A model generated the notes under the pieces. The model ran no database searches, was not told the origin of the DNA, and worked only from the letters and a program-made list of their open reading frames with translations. From contig JAUCBJ010005502.1 of assembly GCA_032718475.1 (NCBI GenBank), positions 1 to 57,538 of the forward strand: a stretch of 57,538 nt of DNA, in the 5' to 3' direction. The first letter of the stretch is position 1, and each line of letters starts with the position of its first letter. Shown here piece after piece: positions 48,101 through 57,538 of this stretch. The stretch comes from Nemertoderma westbladi (taxonomy: Eukaryota > Animalia > Xenacoelomorpha). Both the position numbers and the translations under genes were made by a program.

Positions 48101-49452
48101 CACCAACGGCGAACCTGTTACTCTGACACAAGGTGTGCGAAGTGCGGCGCAAAACATCATATTTTGTTGCACACCGAATTCGAAAGAAACAGCCCGAGTC
48201 AGGTAAGTGAGTCCGAACTACATGTCCAATTCAGTGATGTGAACGACACTGACCAAAGTTCTGAGATGGAAGGATTCTATACGGACGAATTCTCCGACCA
48301 AAGTTCTGAAATGGAAGGATTCTATATGGACGAATTCTCAGACGAAAACGAATCCTGTTACTTAATAAATTCCGCAGTGTATCGAGCACTTACGTATGAG
48401 AAGGAAACCGACAGTGAGCTCCCCCTAACTACTTCTGATCGACAACCATCTTGGAAAGCGCCAACTTCCAATGTAGGAATCCGAGAATTTCCTGTAGTAC
48501 AGTTAAGGGTCCACGGACCTAAAAGGAGTTATATAGTGAACGCCCTCCTTGACTCCGGTAGCACAGGAACATTCATCGACAAAGAACTAGCCGAAGACAT
48601 CTTTGCTGGACAACCCAAGTTCCGAACTAAGTTAAACATGTCAGGAATTATGCAGGTTTGGAAATCTACATTAATAGCGATTATTATGTAGGTGCGTTGT
48701 CCACCCCCCAGGATGATCTAGGAGAACACAGCATAAGGTCAGTAAAAATGGTGGCGATAAAGAACTTCGCTACCAGCCAAGTAGAACCTTATAACTGGGA
48801 TGAGGACGATTCCACCCAGCAGCTTAATATACCTAGATTCAACACAGATTACCCTGGAGTGCAAATACTCATCGGCCAAAATGCGCATGGGGCGCTTGAG
48901 ACATTGGAGAAACGGCCTGCTCAACCGCAACCGCTACAAGCCTATGCGGGAAGAACTAGAGTAGGTTGGTACCTTACTGGCCCTTCCCGTAGAACTCTCA
49001 TCGAAAGGTCACCAAAATAACGGGTATACCAAGTAAGCGAATGGGAAGCGGAGAGCAGTGAGGTAGACGACCCAACTGAGGGAACACCATACTCCTCAGA
49101 TAATGACGATATTAACTCCAATGTAGATCAATGGAGACATTGCCCCGAGACGATTAAACTAGCCAGCATCGCTTACAGAGGAGCAACTCCTCAAGAACTG
49201 ACAGATACTCCAGACCGGTTAGGTGGACCCGACTTCCTAAATAAAGAAGATGAATGGCCTCCTCATCTTACCCCGGCAAAGATTAGACAGGCCAAGGGAG
49301 CAGAGAAAGTAACACAACCACTCAATCGCCCAGCTGGTCGTTTATGTTTACTGGAAAGAGACCGAAAACTGTCCGGAAACTATGGAAGGCAAGATACTCT
49401 TCCCACGACCACCTCCCTAATCCAACAAATATCTAGGGACTCCATAACTTAA
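45148..49452 (+). mobile_element. BEL/Pao LTR retrotransposon derivative: gag, triple zinc knuckle and protease (knuckle-protease block duplicated), with RT and integrase deleted
   Basis: KFNGDEMKWLPF...LSNGEKLRFL (DUF1759-like); CVLCDGPHRLNVC / LCYNCLRRGH..C / CAKCGAKHHILLH; VNALLDSGSTGTFI; remnants WRHCP...RG, GPDFL...WP and RPAGRLCLL. Confidence 0.92.
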
Positions 49453-51072
49453 CAACATACGGAGTGGGTGTGTGACTATATTATTTTATATTTATTTTTA
49501 TTATTTTATATTATGTATGTATTATTGTGTAATTTTATTATAATCGTTTTCTTTAATTTCATTTAGTAGAATGTTATTTTAGCGATTATTTAGTAGATTA
49601 GTGCAATATATTAGCGTTTATTACTTAATTACCTGTATATTATATATTTAGTGCGACGGCGAGAAATAATTATTTTTCTCTTTCCTTACTGTCCGTATTA
49701 CATTATAAATACGTGACTACAGTAAGATGAAATCTCCATACTTATTAAAGTACAATAAAGCTCCTACTATATTCAAGTATTATTGGTGGGCAGAGTATTA
49801 GGAATGCAAAGTTCAGATCCTCGTGTCTCGGCTAAACCAAGCTCTGGGTAGACCTTGGAAACGACTTGCCTCTTCTCACTGACATTGCTTCGTGCGATAT
49901 TGCTCTCATACCGTATATTAAATAATACATATAGTAGCGTGATGTCCCTTTAACAGTAGCGTACAAAGCAAATAAATCTGTTAAACCCTTTGACCAGCTG
50001 TAATTCTAGTCGATTAAGATATCGCGGCACCCACCGATATACTTGAAAGACAAAATTCTAGAATCAGTGGTTAACGTCCCCAGACTTGTTCTGGAATAAA
50101 CTGGTGCCCATCCTAAATATTAATTATTAATATTTATAAAATCTGTCAAATTTTAGATCCTTTAAAATTCTAGTCTATTAAGATATCGTAGCACTTACCG
50201 ATATTCTTAAAAAGATCAATTCCTAGAATCAAGGATCCCAGTCCCCAGACATGTTCTGGAATAAAATTGTGTCTATTTAATATTAAATAATAAAATTTAC
50301 GGGAATAAATTTAAATTCATCTTTTAATGAATTTGATAAATTGTTATTTTATACAATTTATAATATTCCCAAAATTCCATTAATTAATAGATCATGGGAG
50401 CGGAGATTCACCTATTAAGTGTATTAGTGTGCGAGAATCCCCAATATAGAGTCAATAGCCGATAAAATTCATAAAATCATATATAAAGATGATATTGACC
50501 ATTAAAGACTTACTATTAAATAGCATCCCAGATCTGTATGCATGAGAATTACCCTAATTCTACCGCTAGCTTTCCATAATGTCACCATAGCAACAACCAC
50601 GCTAGAATTAGAAGCGAGTTAACAGAACAATAAAAAAGCTTGCTCATTGAATAGCTTACGGAATAAATAGCACACCGCTAGTATCCAAGGATACATAATA
50701 ACAACGTGACATTCTGGAAGGCACTTGACTAACGGACAAATGACCCGAATGTGTGATAGAATGTGTACCATTTGTGACAGTTACGTGGAATTTGTGCGTT
50801 TGTAGGTGAATGTTACTACTAAGGTGTGTTTACAGTAGCGAGTCGCAATTGTGAAAGTAGCCCTAACTCTCCAGTAAGAACCTGAAGTATATCTAAGCCT
50901 TTGGGACGGACGGTGGAGTGACTCGTGCTGGTTGTTGTAGTCGTTGTGCAGCTACGACGTTGGCGATAGGCACATCGGCGAAAGTACACCAGCGCTGAGG
51001 ATCTCGCACTGTCCGGGGGCAGAGAGGGGTAGGCAGCGACGCCCGCTCGCCTAAATATAAACTCATTATAAT

Positions 51073-52619
51073 ATGGATAAACTTATATAGCAGATATGAT
51101 TGAGTTGATAGAAGATGATCTTGGTATCAGGGAGCGATATACTCTACCTTTACAAGCGTTTGTTGATAAGCTTGATACGCGGCGACGCTGGTCCAACTAC
51201 TACGGAGGACGATGGTCGTTATATCGAACCGCCAATGTCCCGGGAGCAACTTGCGCGTGGGTTGGACTGTAGAAAATTCACCGCTCGCTATACGCATCGT
51301 AATGGTACGTATATGGACTTCTTAACTACTGGTCATCCTATCGACCTACACGATACGAACGATATAGACACCAAAAGGGAAATGGTTTATTTAAATATCA
51401 TACCCAGCGGAAGCGGAACGATAAACTGAGACTCGAACACGAAAATTCTATTCGAAACCGACTCGAAAGTGCAGATGTTGAAGAGCCGGATAAACGCAGC
51501 GACTTCACCAAAATATCTGGAATTCTTGAGAGAAACATATCTCGATATTACCAGTCAACAGAATCTAGAAACTCGATATCCTCAAGGTATATATCATGAC
51601 CGCATGGTAGAACTCAAACGGCTCTATTCCACTATGATGTATCTTACCGCCGATCGACCGCTACCTGTTGTACCGGATAGCTTCGAACAGATGGAGGAAT
51701 ATTGTAAGCTGGAGAAAGATCACTCGCGTTTCCCCTACAAGACGTGCGTCTTTGGTATTATTGCGATGAATGCCCTAGACCCAACCAACAAACGGAAAGA
51801 CCTAAACATCCGCGGAGACGTTGCACTAAACACGGTTTTACTCGCTATACTGGCGGGAGTTTCGAGCGAAATTTGTTTGACGTATCACCTACGCTCGTTC
51901 GACTCAGACGATCCTTAAATAAACCAATGATCAGAGTTTCGGAATACTCGATCAGACCTCCTCATTCCCTAGTGAGACCTCAGACTCTTGATCCTATTAG
52001 TATGACGGATCCTCCCGAGCTGTACTCACTGTTCAAAGATCTAGTGTTACCTGAACAATTAGTCGGTGGCACCCCGGTTGTGGGCTTCCTAGATATTAGC
52101 CCATCCTACCTAGCCGGATTGGGACGCGGACATTTAATATCGCCGTTTAACCCTTACCATCGTCCCGGCTTAACACGATATAACCTGTCACCAAAGTGGC
52201 GGAGAGCGTTGTACCCAATGAGTTAGACGCTATTCTACAAAGATCAGAAAAGGAACTTACGCTTGTTCAGATAAACGTAAATTGCACTAGCAAGTCCAAG
52301 CGGTAAACAAAGTAACTTTATCTCAGTTCGATCGGGAAATCCAGAATCTCTAAGAAGTTATCGAACTTGGACGACCCTATTCTCTGCGAGAGTTTTTGGA
52401 TGAACGTATCCAGCTACGAGCGGAGGAAAATCAGCTCGAGGAGAAGCATATCGAAACGGCGGATACCCCGACCATAATCCTACACCTTCTGATGCAATCA
52501 TATTGCACCCTTCACCCAGGAGTTATGGCCCTCCTAGTAAAGTGGCTCCCCCCAAAGAGAAAAGGACTCTTGCTAGCTCTAAAAAACTGCGTAAACGCCG
52601 TCCACGCAAGACAGACTAA
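51073..52619 (+). pseudogene. Decayed intronless ~500-codon gene of unknown family with a basic C-terminus
   Basis: ORFs 51115-51429 and 51469-51918 share a frame across one TGA; further collinear frameshifted ORFs end in SSKKLRKRRPRKTD*. Confidence 0.55.
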
Positions 52620-52697
52620 CTGTTTAGAGTATTTTTATATTTTAGAAACTGTGATTTTTTATATTTTATAGAATTAAATCCCATTTTCTGGGAGCGG

Positions 52698-53301
52698 TGT
52701 AAAAGCTTTTGTGGGATATAACTGGCCCTTTTGCTTCGCAATCCAGTTTCCCTTAATGCGCTCAAATACTCTAAAGAAAAACTCCCTAACTCAAATGATG
52801 CAAGCTACCGGCTGATTGGCTGATTTGCTGTACGTATGGCCTCTTTGTTCTGTTCGATCAACCAACCAGAGCAAGGTCAACCAAGCAGAGTGATTCATCC
52901 TGTGTGTTGGCCAAGGGCTGCAAAAACCCGAATAGTTCGGCATTTAGACATTCGTGGAATCTGTGGAATATGGAGCTCTGCCAATGAGAGCTTTTCCTCT
53001 TTGTGTTGAAAGCTACCTGCAACAGCTCACAGGGTTCAGTGTGTTGGTTTTTCCAGAGCCTAGAACATCGGCTATGGAATTATTCTGAATTATTCCAACA
53101 TTAGAACGACTTTAATTATAAGAACACATAACTGTTACCGGTACGGTACGGTACCTACTGCTGTATTGCACATTATTTACTGCGATTTACTGTTTGTTAT
53201 TAATTGTATCAGTTGTTTACATATTGTTATTTGGAGAATAACGATAAACGATCAGAAACCCCGATCTTCTTGATACACTAAGGTTAGAGAGACCGGTTAC
53301 A
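52698..53301 (+). mobile_element. Putative 3' LTR (~604 bp)
   Basis: Ends TGTAA...TTACA, preceded by purine-rich gggagcgg; no partner LTR seen in the window. Confidence 0.5.
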
Positions 53302-55641
53302 TATAGCAATTGCGACTTATATTATCGTGGTTTGTAGTGAATTGAATGCTATTTTATAGGCCCTACAAATGTCGGTTGCTATTCTCTTTATATATGATTA
53401 AAATCAGTGACTATCGGCAATTCAGTGTGCAGCGGTGTGCAATAGTCTGTATGTGCTTGTCCGTGTAACAAAGCATCTCCTAAAGAATGCGCCTTATGTG
53501 TAACTTATAATCCATTCCGTTGTGTTTAGTGTAAGCCATAGCTCTGTTTATATAGATAGAGCGCCACGTCCTAAAGGAACTGCTAATATTTCCCGAAAGT
53601 GAATGATATTTGTCAGAGATTATATATTAACGATCAATCGAATAGTACGGTAGGCCTGCACCGCAATCAAATTAAAGCATCCGAATCCAGTCTCCCGGGT
53701 ATATCCAGCGGGTGAATGGTCGCGCATAGACTGGCTTCGGCTAATGTTGGATTTATTTGTGTCAAATACTTGTCATAGGCTAAAGTCGATTTATAACCTA
53801 GAAGACATATAGATTTGGCGGGTTAAACTGCCAAAGGTCTTAAAAGCGCGAACAACTATATTGTTAAGCAATCAGGTAGAGATCGTCAAATTGTCTGAGG
53901 AAATATTATGTTATGATTAATTCCCTGCTATATGATTAATTAACTTTGCCACCCTGAAGTTGTTGGCTGATGCTACAAAACATCAAAAACTTGCAAAGAT
54001 AAGTGACGAAAGGCTCTCCCTTACTATTCAATTGTCAATTCCATAGACCACGAGTCGGTTAACTTGTAGGTATTTAGTTGGAATACATATTATGATGTGG
54101 ATCATAATATGATGTAACATCTCACAGTTTAATTAAATGAGAACTGCCAATCAATCAATCAATCAATGTATATTTTAACCCATATGATAATTTATAGATA
54201 TATGCACATGTTACTTCAATATATAAATATAATACAGTATATATGCATTTACATGATAATAAGTGCACTTTTTTAAGGAGAAATTCGAATGGGTTTGGAG
54301 GGCAGCCAAATAGCGTAGCTAGTGGACGGCTGCTCGCCAGAAAAGGTACATGGCTTGAAGTAATATCGGTTGTGGGGTTGGGGGGGGGGGGGGGGGGGGG
54401 GGTAAGTGTAATAGAGTAGAATGTAGTAAGGGTAGTAAGTGTTAGAAAATAGTAAGCGGTGATAGGGTAGAGCCCATATATTAGCCCCATATATTAGCCT
54501 TTTGAATAAGATTTAGTATAAGTTGTAATGGTGTAGATGGAAGTGAGTTAAAGTAGTAGATCACTGAGATTTATTTTTTATAGTTATTAATATATATCTT
54601 GTCAATGTGTCACCAAGGTCAAGGTATCACGCGATTTGAAAGGGGTACATCTAGGGGGGTGGTGTAAATACTGGTATTGATAGGACAAACGATTACAATT
54701 AAAACACAATACAGTTCATTTCATTTATGTGGTCTAAGCCACCTTCTATATGGACCTACGAATAGATGTATGTATATATTAATATATATCCTGATTGAAC
54801 ACATATACATATCTTGATTGAATATACACATATATATATATATATATATACACAAAATGTAGCAGAACCGTCACTAATATATATTTTAAAGACATACATA
54901 TGGTTTTATATTAACATTTCTTATATTTTAATTTTATTATATAATACATTTTATTTAACTATTTTATTATTGAATAAATCAAAATGTTTAACATTAGAAA
55001 CAAATTGCTTTTTGCAAATCATCATGGTTCGGCTGCTATGGTCAATATACATATAATTTTTGTATTCTGAAACTGAATATACAAAAACCCTTCAGTTAAT
55101 GGGAAGATTTGACGGCTATGCTACTTATATATATTAAACTTTGGGAGTGGTGATGGTAGCATTTCGAGATATCTTTAAAAACACAGATTATTTCTATATA
55201 TAGAATTTGTACATATAGCGAATATACAAACCGCTATAAAATGCTACATTTTGTTATCCTTAATTATATTAAATAATACTGTAGCCCATTAGTAGCAAAG
55301 TGAAATTACTATATGGAATTTAGTAATATCTGAAAATGTAAGGAAACATATGTAAGACTGCTATTGAGAAATATATAATGTAGTAGAATAATTGGGGGTC
55401 CCTAGCTTCTGTATGTAGGACGTAGAAGGCCACTGTTATTATAGTAGTAGAGTACCGCCGTGCTATTTCAGTATTTAGTCTGTGCGATTTTGTGCTAGTT
55501 TTATTCTGCAATTTCCAATCATTACAAATTAGGCCACTTATTTTCGTATTTCGATAGAACTATGTGTATTATGCATTGATAATGACGCAAATTACGAAAT
55601 CTATCTATCGAAATCTATCTAAAATTATTCGAAATATATCC

Positions 55642-56197
55642 ATCCAACATCCATGATGGATCCGTCCAACATCCATGACGGATCCATCCAACATCCATGA
55701 CGGATCCGTCCAACATCCATGATGGATCCGTCCAACATCCGTGATGGATCCGTCTAACATCCATGATGGATCCGTCCAACATCCATGACGGATCCGTCCA
55801 ACATCCATGACGGATCCGTCCAACATCCATGATGGATCCGTCCAACATCCATGATGGATCCGTCCAACATCCATGACGGATCCGTCCAACATCCATGATG
55901 GATCCGTCCAACATCCATGATGGATCCGTCCAAAATCCATGATGGATCCGTCCAACATCCATGATGGATCCGTCCAACATCCATGATGGATCCGTCCAAC
56001 ATCCATGATGGATCCGTCCAACATCCATGACGGATCCGTCCAACATCCATGACGGATCCGTCCAACATCCATGATGGATCCGTCCAACATCCATGACGAA
56101 TCCGTCCAACATCCATGACGGATGCGTCCAACATCCATGACGGATCCGTCCAACATCCATGACGGATCCGTCCAACATCCATGATGGATCCGTCCAA
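55642..56197. repeat. 22-bp minisatellite (catccatgayggatccgtccaa) x ~25
   Basis: Directly visible; explains the three overlapping repetitive ORFs. Confidence 0.97.
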
Positions 56198-57538
56198 TAT
56201 AAATCTCTGACTTTAAGTCTTATAAATCTCAGTCTGTCTGTCTCGCGATACAATAATAGAAAGCTAACTTGAGCAACGTCACTATCTCGTCATATTTTAA
56301 GTATTTGTTTGCGTGAATCGAATGTGGTCAAAGTGGATTATTTTGCATCGTTTTAGGCCCAAAATATATTACTGGTCAGCAATAGGGACTCAGGCGACTT
56401 TGTAACTGCAGTTTCACCATTAGACTAAGACTAAGGCTGTTCTAACTGAAACTTTGCAGGTATGTATGTATGTATGTACCACAGAGATCTCACGCTGCCT
56501 GTTTGAGTGAGAGGACGCCGACCAGCCTACAGTTCTTCAATCTGCTGCTTGGGTGTGTAATCTCTGAGAGTGAAACCATTCCCATCACCAATTTTATTGT
56601 TTTTGAGCTGATACTGGGGAAAGATCTACTACAAGATTGGATTCGTGTTTGGGAGGAAGCTGAAGTTCTTCAGTCTACCGGTAGTAGGTGGAATGTCTGA
56701 AGGTGAAAAAGTCCTGTATTTTTGTTGTTTTTAATGCTTTTCGAGCTGATGCATGGCATATATAGATTACACCACAGGCGGTTGCGTGTTTAGGAGGACG
56801 TATATTATTCGGCAGTTCACCAGCCTGTCACTAAGTGTTAGCTTATTCAATCCCGCTAACACCCCATAAAGTTTAGCCAATAAGCAATATTGGGAGCCAC
56901 GAGATTGGGTAATTAACCAACTCGTGCCATCCCAATAAGAATGGGAAGGAAACACACAATGAGGGTCAGGGGCCAAACCCCTAACCCAGAGAGAACAGGT
57001 GGAGTGAACGGGAACACTCCAAAGGGCGCCAACAAGGGTATCAACCAATCAGAGGGGGGAAAGGCATCGATTAGGTAGAGTAACAAGGCCAACCGTGCAA
57101 TATAGCCACTTGGCAGTAATCATATCAATTCAGTTATCTCAGTGCAATACTGGTGCTAGTTTAGGTTGCATAGTTTAGCTAGGGAAGGACCGGGACTTTA
57201 GTTACCGTATCCCGCCTTCCGTGTACAACAACAATATTATCTCATATCTATATCTGTATCTATATCTCTATACCCAAACATTATATACGACGTATCATTC
57301 ACTCTTTACACACGGCGGGGATGCGTAAACTAACAACGGATAAACCGGGATCCCTCTTGGATCCCATCACAGTAACTAAATCCGAGCTGCTGCCCTAGTT
57401 AAACTGTAACAACTGCTGCCCTAGCTAGCTGAACTCCACCGATCACCAACCGAGATGAGTCAGTCGGGAGAGATAACACCGACGCGGACCCCGGACGAAG
57501 AGCTAACGATCCGCGAGGCCGCAACCAGGCGATACAGG

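Noticed and set aside
49460-49800. LTR beginning at ggagtgggtg-TGTGAC right after the BEL/Pao ORF
   Set aside because: No matching inverted end or partner copy found; the 52698-53301 block fits better, though this alternative is not fully excluded
55605-56253. Three long repetitive ORFs, or a CRISPR-like array
   Set aside because: Artefact of a stop-free 22-bp tandem repeat; no unique spacers, no cas genes, eukaryotic context
57445-57510. Hammerhead-like gatgagtc...gacgaag
   Set aside because: Core deviates from CUGANGA/GAAA, and stems I and III cannot be formed

Overview
AT-rich eukaryotic DNA, probably from an invertebrate animal (host not identifiable from sequence alone). It is mostly a nested graveyard of transposable elements: CRE-like, CR1/L2-like and RTE-like non-LTR fragments, Ty3/gypsy and BEL/Pao LTR fragments, DNA-transposon remnants, foldback/TIR elements and minisatellites. 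I see no intact host gene. The main signal is an endogenised orthomyxovirus-like (Articulavirales) polymerase PA segment on the minus strand, present twice in a head-to-tail duplication (32647-40599). Copy 1 (36855->34780) is full length, 691 codons broken by one in-frame stop. Copy 2 (40492->~39095) is 3'-truncated but has a Tyr codon at that stop, so an intact PA can be rebuilt. Both copies keep the cap-snatching endonuclease catalytic residues and an AGCAATAGCAAGAGG motif resembling an orthomyxoviral segment terminus. Other highlights: (1) a ~409-bp tandem repeat joining a tRNA-like Pol III promoter to a minimal type I hammerhead ribozyme (retrozyme/Penelope-like); (2) a BEL/Pao derivative with in-frame loss of RT and integrase, followed by an unknown ORF before a putative 3' LTR; (3) a gypsy LTR flanked by both a PPT and a PBS. 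All family assignments are by-eye motif recognition, not database searches, and the boundaries of decayed elements are approximate.
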